Source of the DNA: an uncultured Hyphomicrobiaceae bacterium
GTDB lineage: Bacteria; Pseudomonadota; Alphaproteobacteria; Rhizobiales; CALHAX01
Assembly: GCA_937931785.1 (NCBI GenBank)
Contig: CALHAX010000035.1
Location: 1 to 57,916, forward strand
DNA: 57,916 nucleotides
Direction: 5' to 3'
Made by a program: the position numbers and the translations under genes. Positions 29,605 through 39,720 of the stretch are shown here, in pieces. The notes beneath the pieces are model-generated. The model saw only the letters and a list, made by a program, of their open reading frames with translations. It was not told where the DNA came from and did no database searches. Within the stretch, counting starts at the first letter, position 1. The number at the start of each line of letters is the position of its first letter.

Positions 29605-32394
29605 TCAGTGCGCCTGCACCGTCAGGGCCGGGGTGGGATTGAACACGTCGGTTGCGGTATCCGGATCGAGAACAGGCCGTAATGTGTCGGCAATCAACTT
29701 GCGGCGGTTTTCATCACTGATTTTCTTACCCATCAAATCAGTGACATAAAACACGTCAACAATTTTTTCTCCGTATGTGCTGATGTGCGCCGAGTTGATG
29801 TCAAGATTGAGCGCTGAAAGTGTGCGCGTCAGATCGTGCAGAAGGCCGGGGCGATCGAGGCCTTCCACTTCGATGACCGTGAACTCATCAGAAATGCCAT
29901 TGTCGACAAAGACCTCGGGTGGCACCGTGAATGCCATTGCGCGACCGGTTGCCGATGCGTTCTCTGTCACGATCTGATCGAGATAGGTCTTGCCGCGGAG
30001 AAGTTTCTCGATTGTGTCTGCGATCCGACCTACGCGGCGCAGCTCATCATCGTCTTCCTCGAATGCCCGCTGGATCACGAATGTATCCAAGGCTATTCCA
30101 GTGCGCGTCGTATAGATGTTCGCACCGACAATGTTGGCTCCGGATGCCGAGCATGCCCCTGCCATTGCTGCGAGCAAATTGGGATGGTTCGGGGTGAGAA
30201 TTGTCAGTTCCGTCGACGCCGTAAATGCATCCGTCGCGTAGTCCGTCGCGAACGCGAGTTCTTTCTTTTGCGCATAATGTAGAAGCCGCGCGTCCGATAT
30301 CTGCCGGTCGACATCGGTCCGCAACCAATAGGCATCATAATGCTGCTCGGCGACAGCTTCTTTTTCATCTGCCTGCCAATCGGCGAGCGCATCCATGAAC
30401 TGCCCGCGGGCGTGCGCCACGCGCTCCTTGCGGCTCATGCGGGAATGTCCGCCCGCCAGAACAAGTTCGGTCTCGTAGTAGAGTGTTCGTAAAAGCTGGC
30501 CTTTCCAACCGTTCCACACGCCAGGGCCAACCGCGCGAATGTCTGCCACGGTGAGGATCAGTAACAGGCGTAAACGCTCCATCGTTTGCACGATGTCGGC
30601 GAAATCACGAATGGTCTTGGGGTCGCTCAGGTCTCGGCTCTGCGCGCATTCACTCATCGTCAAGTGCTGCTCGATCAGCCATGCAACCGTTTCGGTTTCG
30701 TTGCTGGTCAGACCGAACCGGGGACAGAGTTCGCGCGCGACACGCGCACCAGCAATGGAATGATCCTCCGGACGCCCTTTCGCGACATCATGCAGGAATG
30801 CCGCCACGTAGAGCACACGTTTATTGCGGATCGCTTCAATAACTTCCGTCGAAAGCGGCAGATCTTCGTCGAGCACGCCATGATCGATTTCCGACAGCAC
30901 ACCCACGGTTCGTATAAGGTGTTCGTCCACTGTAAAGTGATGATACATGTTGAACTGCATCATCGCGACAACCTTGCCAAAGTCAGGAATGAAACGCCCA
31001 AGAACACCCGCCTCGTTCATCTTGCGAAGGACGGGTTCCGCGCTTTGCTTGGATGTCAGCATATCCAGGAACATCGCGTTGGCGTGCGGATCATTGCGCA
31101 ACTTGTCATCGATCAGGTTGTAGGATCGGCGAACAGCACGGATGGCCTGAGGGTGAAACGCCACATTCAGTTTTTCAGCCTGGGCAAACAGGCGGATCAG
31201 GTTCACCGGATCACGTTTGAATATTTCTCTGTTTTCAATGGAAATTCGACCATTGTCGATCTTGAAATCAGTTTGGCGTTTGAGCTGAATGCGTCGACGC
31301 CATGTCAGAGGTGCAAGGATACGATCCAGAGACGGAGCCTGTTTCAACTGCTTCATTTCGAGATCAGCGCACACGACCCGAGTCAAATCGCCGACTTCCT
31401 TGGCAACCAGAAAATAGTGCCGCATGAAGCGCTCTACACCCCGTAACCCCGAGCGATCCGCATAACCAAGGCGCTCCGCCATCTCTTGCTGGACGTCGAA
31501 AGATATGCGTTCTTCGGCACGTCCCGTGAGAAAGTGCAATGCGCAGCGGACCGACCATAAAAAATCTTCCGACTTGTTGAATGACGAAAACTCGCGCTCG
31601 GAAAATACGCCTGCATCCACGCTTTCATGATCCGTCGCGTCAGTATTCCGGAGATACTTGATCAGCCAGTGCAGGGTATGCAGGTCGCGTATACCACCCT
31701 TCCCGTCCTTTACGTTGGGTTCTACAACATAGCGCGACGAGCCAGAGCGCTCATGTCGTTGATCACGCTCCGCCAATTTTGCAGTTATAAACTCGCGTGC
31801 CGTGCCCTTGACGACATCTGCTGCAAACCGGGTTTCGAATTCTGCGAATAATTCTCTGTCACCGAATATCAAACGTGAATCGAGCACCGAAGTTCGAATC
31901 GTCATGTCAGAACGTGCAAAACTGATGGCTTGATCGACGTTGCGGACCGCGTGTCCAACCTTGAAACCGAGATCCCAGAGGAAATAGAGCACGTACTCTA
32001 CAACGCTTTCGCCCCAAGCTGTCTGCTTGTAAGGGAGCAAAAACAAGAGATCGATGTCAGATCCCGGTGCGAGCATGCCGCGCCCGTAGCCCCCCGTTGC
32101 AACGATCGCCATGCGTTCAGCGTCTGACGGATTATGGGCGCGATAGACATGCGTCGTGGCGTAGTCGAAGATCAGCTCGATCATCTCGTCCTGAAAAGCC
32201 GAGAGCTCGGCAGCACAATCCCGACCGGACCCATGATGCAAGAGATTGGCCTCGGCACAGGCGCGCGCCTCAGCAATTACGATCTTCAAGTGTGCAAGGA
32301 TTTCTGGCCGGGCGCGCGCCACATCATTTTCGCTTGTGTGGAGTAGCTCTGTCAGGGTTTTTCGCGCGGCTGCCGGATCAAAACGATCACTCAC
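29605..32394 (-). CDS. glnD: bifunctional [protein-PII] uridylyltransferase/uridylyl-removing enzyme GlnD
   Basis: 929 aa; nucleotidyltransferase, HD domain, two C-terminal ACT domains; start overlaps the mutS stop. Confidence 0.9.
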   Translation of the reverse strand: MSDRFDPAAARKTLTELLHTSENDVARARPEILAHLKIVIAEARACAEANLLHHGSGRDCAAELSAFQDEMIELIFDYATTHVYRAHNPSDAERMAIVATGGYGRGMLAPGSDIDLLFLLPYKQTAWGESVVEYVLYFLWDLGFKVGHAVRNVDQAISFARSDMTIRTSVLDSRLIFGDRELFAEFETRFAADVVKGTAREFITAKLAERDQRHERSGSSRYVVEPNVKDGKGGIRDLHTLHWLIKYLRNTDATDHESVDAGVFSEREFSSFNKSEDFLWSVRCALHFLTGRAEERISFDVQQEMAERLGYADRSGLRGVERFMRHYFLVAKEVGDLTRVVCADLEMKQLKQAPSLDRILAPLTWRRRIQLKRQTDFKIDNGRISIENREIFKRDPVNLIRLFAQAEKLNVAFHPQAIRAVRRSYNLIDDKLRNDPHANAMFLDMLTSKQSAEPVLRKMNEAGVLGRFIPDFGKVVAMMQFNMYHHFTVDEHLIRTVGVLSEIDHGVLDEDLPLSTEVIEAIRNKRVLYVAAFLHDVAKGRPEDHSIAGARVARELCPRFGLTSNETETVAWLIEQHLTMSECAQSRDLSDPKTIRDFADIVQTMERLRLLLILTVADIRAVGPGVWNGWKGQLLRTLYYETELVLAGGHSRMSRKERVAHARGQFMDALADWQADEKEAVAEQHYDAYWLRTDVDRQISDARLLHYAQKKELAFATDYATDAFTASTELTILTPNHPNLLAAMAGACSASGANIVGANIYTTRTGIALDTFVIQRAFEEDDDELRRVGRIADTIEKLLRGKTYLDQIVTENASATGRAMAFTVPPEVFVDNGISDEFTVIEVEGLDRPGLLHDLTRTLSALNLDINSAHISTYGEKIVDVFYVTDLMGKKISDENRRKLIADTLRPVLDPDTATDVFNPTPALTVQAH

Positions 32395-35165
32395 GGTGCA
32401 TCTCCCAAATCCTTGAGGCGGTAGAGCGCGTCGAGTGCTTCACGCGGCGTGAGAGCATCCGGGTTGATCTCAGCCAAAGCATCCAGAGCTGGCGATGTGG
32501 CAGTTTTCCCGGTACCTGCACTTGCAGGACGCGTTGCAGCGAACAACGGGAGATCGTCAATCAACGCATCCGGGTTCTTGTTGTTGTCGTTTTCTTCCAG
32601 GAGTTGAAGAACCTCTCCCGCGCGATCAATGACGGGGCCAGGCAACCCGGCAAGCCGCGCAACCTGAATACCGTAGGATCGGTCCGCTGCGCCGGGCACA
32701 ACCTTGTGGAGGAAAACGATTTCATCCTTCCATTCCTTCACTGCCATAGTGACATTTTCTGCGTCCGGCAGCCGGGACGCGAGGGCCGTCAGCTCATGGT
32801 AGTGCGTCGCGAATAGCGCACGGCAGCGGTTCACCGTTTGCAGATACTCTACGGTCGCCCATGCAATGGACAGGCCGTCGAAGGTTGCGGTGCCCCGGCC
32901 AATCTCGTCGAGGATCACGAGAGACCGTTCCGTTGCAAGATTGAGTATCCCTGCCGTTTCGACCATCTCGACCATGAATGTAGAGCGCCCACGCGCCAGG
33001 TCATCTGACGCGCCAACGCGCGAAAACAGACGATCTATGACGCCAATATGCGCCCCTCGCGCGGGCACGAAGGAGCCCATTTGTGCCATGACCGCTATAA
33101 GTGCGTTCTGACGCAGAAACGTCGATTTACCTGCCATGTTCGGGCCCGTCACAACCCAGATTCGTGCATCCCCATGGTCATCGAACCCGCCATGCGCTCC
33201 TTCGGCCTGACGCAAATCGCTATCGGTTGCGGCATTATCCGTGCGTTTCGTAGCCCGCCCGAGAATGCAATCATTTTCGATAAACGGCCCATCGCCAGCG
33301 CGACGCAACGCCTGTTCAACAACCGGATGACGGGCTCCGTGGAGCGCAAAGGTTTCGCTGCGGTCGATTTTCGGGCGGATGTATCCCTCCTGTTCAGCAA
33401 GGAGAGCGAGTGCCGTATAACAGTCCAATTCTGCCAATGCATCTGCAAGCGCGGTGAGAACCTCCTGCCCTTGCGTAATACGCCCGGCGAGCTCGGAGAA
33501 AATGTCTTGCTCAATCGCAAGTGCGCGTTCACCCGCAGCCGTGATCCGGCCTTCGATCTCGCTCAACTCTGGCGTAACGAAGCGCACGGCGTTCGCAAGG
33601 CTTTGTTTGTGTTTGAACATCTCATCGTGCGGCGCTGCACGCAATATTTCTCCATTCGCCGCATTGACCTCGACAAAATATCCCAAAACGTTGTTGTGCT
33701 TGACCTTGAGCCCTTTAATGCCCGTCGTATCCTGATAACGGGACTGCATTTCGATCAGCACATTGCGGCTTTCGTCACGGAGTTTCCGGTTTTCATCCAG
33801 GTCAGCACTGTATCCGCTACAGACAAACTCACCGTCACGGCGATGTACCGGCAGTTCGTCGTTCAAGGCGGTCTGCAAGGCGGTTGCAAGTGCGGTGGCC
33901 TGGCTATCAAGTTTGGCTGTGAGCCGCTTCAGTTCATCGGGCAAGCCAAGCGGTGTGGTGACGGTGGATAGCTCAGTATGACATTTGATCGCGACCTGCA
34001 CGGCATCACGCACGGCACCCAAATCACGCGGTCCACCACGGCCGACGGTCAACCGTGAGATCGCGCGGGCCATGTCCGGTGCCTGACGCAAGCCAGTTCG
34101 CATTGCGTCGCGCAACACGCGGGCATCGAGGAAAAAATCAACGACGTCGAGGCGCGCCGCAATTTCCACAGGATCGATCAGCGGGCTGGAAAGCCGGGCT
34201 GCGAGCTCGCGTGCTCCCGCGCCAGTGACGGTCATATCCATACAGTCAAGCAGGGATGATTTACGCTCCCCTGATGTGGTGCGCACCAGTTCGAGGTTTG
34301 CGCGCGTTGCGGCATCGATCACCATTACAGACGAGGGGCCAGTTTTTTTCGGTGCACGCAGCAGCGGTTTCGAACCAATTTGCGTCAAATCGATGTACTT
34401 CAGAAGACCGGCGACGGCTGCAAGTTCAAGCCGCGTGAATGTACCAAAGGCTGCCAGATCTGCGACACCAAGATTCTCCTTGAGATCGCGTTCACCAGCC
34501 TTCGCACGGAAATGGGCAGTTGGAAGTGGCGTACGCGCCGCGCCGATCATATCCATTGTCGCGCCAAGAACGGTATCCGACACGACCGTGTCCGGCACCA
34601 GAATTTCACTTGGAAGCAGTCGTGCCAGTTCACCTGCCAGATCTGCGAACGCAACTTCACCAACCAGGAATGCACCGGTTGAAATATCAATGGACGCCAA
34701 GCCGGCACGACGACCACCATCCCCCTGCTGTTCCGGCGATGTTGGGAAGCATGCGGTCAGATAGTTCGCACTCTGTGCGGTGAGGAGGGTTTCTTCGGTC
34801 AGTGTTCCGGGCGTTACCAACCGCGTTACATCGCGGCGTACAACTGATTTTGATCCTCGTTTCCTGGCTTCCGACGGGTCCTCAGTTTGTTCGCAAACGG
34901 CAACCCGAAACCCTGCACGAATCAGGCGTTGCAAATAGTCGTCGGCAGCATGAACCGGGACGCCCGCCATCGGAATATCTTCGCCAAGATGTTTACCGCG
35001 CTTCGTGAGGGTGATGCCCAATGCTTCACTGGCCTGGACTGCATCGTCGAAAAACAATTCATAGAAGTCCCCCATGCGGTAAAACAGAAGACTGTCAGGA
35101 TTTGCTGCCTTGATCTCGGTGTACTGAGCCATCATGGGCGTCATTGCGGCGGCTTCCCCAGCCAT
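32391..35165 (-). CDS. mutS: DNA mismatch repair protein MutS (~924 aa)
   Basis: ..TPMMAQYTEIKAANPDSLLFYRMGDFYELFFDDA.., Walker A GPNMAGKST; the start chosen at MAGEAAAMTPMM matches the canonical MutS N-terminus, whereas the ORF track begins 38 aa earlier. Confidence 0.95.
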   Translation of the reverse strand: MAGEAAAMTPMMAQYTEIKAANPDSLLFYRMGDFYELFFDDAVQASEALGITLTKRGKHLGEDIPMAGVPVHAADDYLQRLIRAGFRVAVCEQTEDPSEARKRGSKSVVRRDVTRLVTPGTLTEETLLTAQSANYLTACFPTSPEQQGDGGRRAGLASIDISTGAFLVGEVAFADLAGELARLLPSEILVPDTVVSDTVLGATMDMIGAARTPLPTAHFRAKAGERDLKENLGVADLAAFGTFTRLELAAVAGLLKYIDLTQIGSKPLLRAPKKTGPSSVMVIDAATRANLELVRTTSGERKSSLLDCMDMTVTGAGARELAARLSSPLIDPVEIAARLDVVDFFLDARVLRDAMRTGLRQAPDMARAISRLTVGRGGPRDLGAVRDAVQVAIKCHTELSTVTTPLGLPDELKRLTAKLDSQATALATALQTALNDELPVHRRDGEFVCSGYSADLDENRKLRDESRNVLIEMQSRYQDTTGIKGLKVKHNNVLGYFVEVNAANGEILRAAPHDEMFKHKQSLANAVRFVTPELSEIEGRITAAGERALAIEQDIFSELAGRITQGQEVLTALADALAELDCYTALALLAEQEGYIRPKIDRSETFALHGARHPVVEQALRRAGDGPFIENDCILGRATKRTDNAATDSDLRQAEGAHGGFDDHGDARIWVVTGPNMAGKSTFLRQNALIAVMAQMGSFVPARGAHIGVIDRLFSRVGASDDLARGRSTFMVEMVETAGILNLATERSLVILDEIGRGTATFDGLSIAWATVEYLQTVNRCRALFATHYHELTALASRLPDAENVTMAVKEWKDEIVFLHKVVPGAADRSYGIQVARLAGLPGPVIDRAGEVLQLLEENDNNKNPDALIDDLPLFAATRPASAGTGKTATSPALDALAEINPDALTPREALDALYRLKDLGDAP

Positions 35166-35594
35166 GGAAGAAGATTCTGTTTTCCGTCTCTTTTTGACCT
35201 CTGTCGCGGGACCGTCACCTGATACGGCAGGCGGATTGCTGTCGTCCAAAGCGGATTGTCGTGGCATGTTCTCGCCCATTCAACTTTTCTCTCGTCTTCA
35301 GACCGTTCTGGCTGCATCGTTTTGCGCTGTCGACTGCTGCCCCCACCGAGCAGGAACTCTAGTGCGCACGCTCGCTTCGATAAAGGGCGATGCTGAAGGC
35401 ATTTGAACTTCTCAACGTCCCATTCAAAAAATGGCTTGCACAGACAGGGCAATGCCGTTTGGTCAAACTCACTAAATGATGGAATAGCCCTCGCTGCCCA
35501 CGCCTGCAGAGCGCCTCGCTGGTTTGAACGCACTCGGATCACCCTGCGCGCCTCCAATGGAACCTGCTCCCCCGGGAGACATGCGTATCGTATT

Positions 35595-36638
35595 TTACAA
35601 CACGCCGCTGGGCAAACGGGCCTTGCGCTCGTCCGGTGCACCAAAATGGGCAAAGTACCGCGGATCAATTCTCTCCACAGGCAGGATCATGAGAACATCC
35701 GTCGTTCCGAACTGATGATCTATCACCGCGCCGTCCCCAACAAAGCATCCGAGCCGCAAATACGCCTTGATGAGCGGCGGCAGCTTGCGGAGTGCATCAC
35801 GCGGCTTGATGTCTGACGCTGAGCGCATGTTCATATCCACCCGCAGGTGATCATGGGCTGCCACGGTCCATTCCGCCGGGGCTGCTGCATTGTGGTGCAA
35901 AAAACTCAGCACCTCGGCGTGTTCCTTTGGATCCGTACCCTCAAAACTCGCGCACCCGATCATTACCGAAATCCTGTGCTCTCGAATATATGTCCACAAG
36001 CCATGCCACAACAATTCGACGGTGCGCTTATTGCGATAGGGTTGCAGCACGCAAGATCGCCCGAGTTCAAGAAACTTGCAGTCCGGGCCACGCGCCTGAA
36101 TCAGAGGGGTCAAATTGAATTCAGCCTGGGAATAAAAACCGTTCCGCTGGTCGGCAACATCCTGACGCAGCATTCGATAGGTGCCCACAACACGCCGCCG
36201 CCGCCGCCATGGGCTCGACGGTTTCGCATTTGCCCCACGATCTACGACAAGCAGGTGATCACACACCTTGTCGTAGGTATCGATATCGCGGCGCTTCAAT
36301 CGTGTCGCAGTCGAGGGAATTGCCGACATTTCCTTGTAGAAAACCTGGAAACGAAGTCGTTGCGCACGTCGCACGTCGCTTTTTGATCGAGCCAGACGGA
36401 CTTCAAGACTTCCGAGATTTCCATACACTTTCGCAGGCTGTTGTCGCAACCTGAACAGACTGTTTGCCCTGCGATTCGGCGCGCCGTTTTTAACGACTGG
36501 CGGTGGGCCAGCGGTACACGAAGCTTGCAACGCCTTTACTGGTTTTCGATGGGCGGACATGTGTTGATTTCCTCTGGCACGCGAAGCACCAAGCGCTCGT
36601 TGCGCGCCGATGAGATGGCGCATTGTCATCGACGTCAA
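35595..36638 (-). CDS. olsB: GNAT-family N-acyltransferase, probable ornithine N-acyltransferase OlsB (start uncertain)
   Basis: Hemolysin-like/OlsB family profile (..RRAQRLRFQVFY.., ..GRSCV..); located beside mutS, which I recall matches the known olsB locus in Sinorhizobium. Confidence 0.65.
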   Translation of the reverse strand: MTSMTMRHLIGAQRALGASRARGNQHMSAHRKPVKALQASCTAGPPPVVKNGAPNRRANSLFRLRQQPAKVYGNLGSLEVRLARSKSDVRRAQRLRFQVFYKEMSAIPSTATRLKRRDIDTYDKVCDHLLVVDRGANAKPSSPWRRRRRVVGTYRMLRQDVADQRNGFYSQAEFNLTPLIQARGPDCKFLELGRSCVLQPYRNKRTVELLWHGLWTYIREHRISVMIGCASFEGTDPKEHAEVLSFLHHNAAAPAEWTVAAHDHLRVDMNMRSASDIKPRDALRKLPPLIKAYLRLGCFVGDGAVIDHQFGTTDVLMILPVERIDPRYFAHFGAPDERKARLPSGVL

Positions 36639-36745
36639 CGTTACAGGAAATTGTTCACTTGTGATCTACTTCTTTGGCGCTTGCACTGCAGGGTGCCTAT
36701 ACGTCTTACGACCAACTTTTAACAGATGGGCCTGCGGGGCATAAG

Positions 36746-39565
36746 CTACCCGACTTCTGACAGTGAGCCGTCTCCAGTTTCGGTCGTGCGGCCATGGCAC
36801 CATTTGTCGATCACTTGTGCGAGATGTTCACGCTCGAATGGTTTCGTGACGAAATCCGACATGCCTGCCTCAAGGCAGCGGCGGCGGTCTTCTGCAAAAG
36901 CGTTGGCAGTCAATGCGATGATCGGAGGTACAGCAGTTCGTCTTTTATCGTCCGTCTGATTTGTTACATTTTCCTTGTGAATACGCTGGCACGCAGCAAT
37001 CCCGTCAAGCTCCGGCATATGCAAATCCATCAGAACGATATCAAAATCATCTTGTGCTTCATGCCCACTCTGAGCAATCGCCTCAACCGCTTCCGCTCCA
37101 TTTTCAACATGCACAACGCTGTGTCCCATGTCCTGAAGAATACGTTTGGCGAGCAGTGCGTTGATCGGATTGTCTTCCGCCAACAGGATCCGGGTTCTGG
37201 CGTGTTGCTGATCCCGGGGCTCTGTATTCAGGCACCCTTTTTCGGGATGCATCTGGGTACCTTGCGAACCGCAAACCGCTAATGCTTTTTTTTCTTTAGC
37301 GTGGTTATTCATCGAACTGTGAACTTGAGTTGGGGATGTGCCCGTTCCCGCAAGTTGAGACAGGAGCGAGGACGGTCGAACCGGCCGCATCAAATAAGCC
37401 GAGAATCCTTCCTCACGAAATGAAGAAAGTCGCTCTCGATCAGAAGGCTCGATTATAACCAATGCACGCGGTTTCGCTCCCTCATTGGACGAAGCCTTCA
37501 GTAACTTGCAAAGCTTGCGCCTTATGCCCGCGTAGGTGCTTGTATCCGATATAATCGCATCAAAATTCCTTCCATTCTTTGTTTCGCGGCGAAAAACAGC
37601 TACTGCATCCTCCGATAAGGCAAACGTCACATGATGTCCGAGTGACATCAAAGTATCGCCGATCGCATCAGCCTCAATACTGCGATCTCCAGTCATCAGG
37701 ATCTGACGTGGCGATTGAACCTTGCCGTTGTTTGCATCCGGCCAACCGGCGCACTGAAGTTGCGAGCCGACTGCTTGTTCCAGCGGCAACGTCAGTTCGA
37801 ATGTCGATCCAGAAAACGTTGCCGATACTACTCCGCTTGGCGCACCTTTCGGTGTCAATTTTTCGGAGTGGCGTTGGGAACGAATGATTATATCTCCGTT
37901 CATAGACCGCGCAAGCCGGCGACTGATGGTGAGGCCAAGACCTGTCCCACCAAAACGGCGTGTCGTTGTCGTATCAGCCTGCTCGAACTCCGTGAAAATG
38001 CGCTCTCGTTGTTCATCTGACAAACCGATACCGGTATCCATGACAGCGAAGGAAATCTTGACGGGCGAGCACAGACGTCCATCTGCACCCTGATCTGACA
38101 AAGTGTCAGCGTCGATACGCCGAACGGAAAGCCGCACGCCACCCTTGCGCGTGAACTTGATCGCATTGCCAACGAGGTTCATGAGGATCTGACGCACGCG
38201 CTGCTCGTCACCAATAACGGTTTGCGGCAGGTCCGGTGCGATATCCCATGCCAGTTCCAAACCTTTGTCCCAGGCGCGCGGCGCCAGAAGTTCAGCGATC
38301 CCCTGCAGGAGGACCGAGAGTTCGAACGGCTGTTGTTCGAAGGTGATCTTGCCTGCTTCGATCTTCGAGAAATCAAGAATTTCATCGATGATACCAAGGA
38401 GCGACTTTGCACTGTCTTTTACGGCGGTGGCGTAGGTCATCTGCTCTGCAGAAAGACGCGTACCTTCGAGCAGACCCGTCATTCCCATGATGCCGCCGAG
38501 GGGCGTACGTATCTCGTGCGACATGACAGCGAGGAAGCGTGATTTGGCTTCGCTGGCTGCCTCTGCTTCCCGGCGTGCTTGATTGAGCGTTGCCTCTACC
38601 TTGCGCTGCTCCGTGATGTCGCGCCCGATGCGCTGGGTTTCCAGGGCACCGGTTTCGCCGGAACGGATCGACTGCTCTTCCCATGTGATCCAGCGCAGGC
38701 CAGACACGGTAGAAATCAGCTGCGTGAACCGGCGACGTAAAGGGGCCGTTCCCTCCGGTTCAGGGGTATCGGCGCGTTCGAATTCTTCTTCTTCGCCATT
38801 TGCGAGCACGTCAGGTGTGAACGAGCGCCCAATCACCTCGTTGGTGGATACATCGAATGCACGACAAAACGCGCGGTTTACGAAGATGAGTGCTCCATCC
38901 TGATTTTGACGGAGAATAATATCTGTCTGACTGTCAAGAAGGTCTCGATACCGCGCTTCGTTGTCGCGCAACTCCCATTCGATGTCCTTGAGAGACTCCA
39001 GACCGAACTGCCATCCTTCTGTCAGTTGCTCAATCGCTCCAGAGCGGGTGCTCTTGCAAACGGTTTGTTTTCCTGCATGCCTAACATGCCCTGTCGGAAG
39101 ACCAGAAGTCAGGGTTCTTTTTGCGGATCGGCATTCGCCCTTCGAGCTTGCGGCCTCACGGCGGCGAAACGTCCCCAGCACGCCCGGGCCAAAAAGGGCG
39201 CACAAACCACCAGCGAGCAAAATATGTTCCCAGCCTACCGGATCGCCAACAGCCAGAGTACCGAGTACCAGACTTAGCAAACCGAAAATCTGGAATACAG
39301 GGAACCAGTCAAGCTGGCTGATTGCCTTGCCGAGATTGCCGACTATTGATCGAAACTGGATCCGTCGCCTTGCAGCAAGGATTGTTACACGAAATTTGGC
39401 AACATATCTATGTGCAATATCCATGATTATGGATACATGTCCGCAAACAGTTTGCCGCATTTTTCTCGCTGCAAAGTACAACGGTATGGCAGCGCGCCGG
39501 TAGGTCCGCCCTACAAATGGACGTATTTTCTGAAACCTGGCGTCTTCCACAACGAACCCTGACAT
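36746..39565 (-). CDS. membrane-anchored PAS-domain hybrid sensor histidine kinase with pseudo-receiver and C-terminal receiver domains
   Basis: N-terminal TM segments, a PAS-like region, HisKA ..MSHEIRTPLGGIMGM.. and HATPase_c ..GGTGLGLTIS..; the REC domain shows ..ILLAEDNPINA..DIVLMDLHMPELDG.. Confidence 0.85.
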   Translation of the reverse strand: MSGFVVEDARFQKIRPFVGRTYRRAAIPLYFAARKMRQTVCGHVSIIMDIAHRYVAKFRVTILAARRRIQFRSIVGNLGKAISQLDWFPVFQIFGLLSLVLGTLAVGDPVGWEHILLAGGLCALFGPGVLGTFRRREAASSKGECRSAKRTLTSGLPTGHVRHAGKQTVCKSTRSGAIEQLTEGWQFGLESLKDIEWELRDNEARYRDLLDSQTDIILRQNQDGALIFVNRAFCRAFDVSTNEVIGRSFTPDVLANGEEEEFERADTPEPEGTAPLRRRFTQLISTVSGLRWITWEEQSIRSGETGALETQRIGRDITEQRKVEATLNQARREAEAASEAKSRFLAVMSHEIRTPLGGIMGMTGLLEGTRLSAEQMTYATAVKDSAKSLLGIIDEILDFSKIEAGKITFEQQPFELSVLLQGIAELLAPRAWDKGLELAWDIAPDLPQTVIGDEQRVRQILMNLVGNAIKFTRKGGVRLSVRRIDADTLSDQGADGRLCSPVKISFAVMDTGIGLSDEQRERIFTEFEQADTTTTRRFGGTGLGLTISRRLARSMNGDIIIRSQRHSEKLTPKGAPSGVVSATFSGSTFELTLPLEQAVGSQLQCAGWPDANNGKVQSPRQILMTGDRSIEADAIGDTLMSLGHHVTFALSEDAVAVFRRETKNGRNFDAIISDTSTYAGIRRKLCKLLKASSNEGAKPRALVIIEPSDRERLSSFREEGFSAYLMRPVRPSSLLSQLAGTGTSPTQVHSSMNNHAKEKKALAVCGSQGTQMHPEKGCLNTEPRDQQHARTRILLAEDNPINALLAKRILQDMGHSVVHVENGAEAVEAIAQSGHEAQDDFDIVLMDLHMPELDGIAACQRIHKENVTNQTDDKRRTAVPPIIALTANAFAEDRRRCLEAGMSDFVTKPFEREHLAQVIDKWCHGRTTETGDGSLSEVG

Positions 39566-39720
39566 TTACATTGCATCGGCGTGCGTTTGCCGATGGGACA
39601 CACCCGCGCGGCTCCAGATGAACAGAGTCGCCATTGACAAACCCTTAAAACACGACATTCAGGATGATAATTAGAATAAACCCCCTGCTTTTCTGGTCAT
39701 ATTTGTTTCTTTTTTTCGAT

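Noticed and set aside
30586-31446. 286-aa plus-strand ORF
   Set aside because: Antisense to glnD; shadow ORF.
33048-33971. 307-aa plus-strand ORF
   Set aside because: Antisense to mutS; shadow ORF.
35141-35668. 175-aa minus-strand ORF spanning the mutS-olsB spacer
   Set aside because: It overlaps the olsB 3' end and the over-called mutS 5' end in other frames, has no family signal and no RBS; the spacer (35166..35594) is better read as the mutS promoter/leader.
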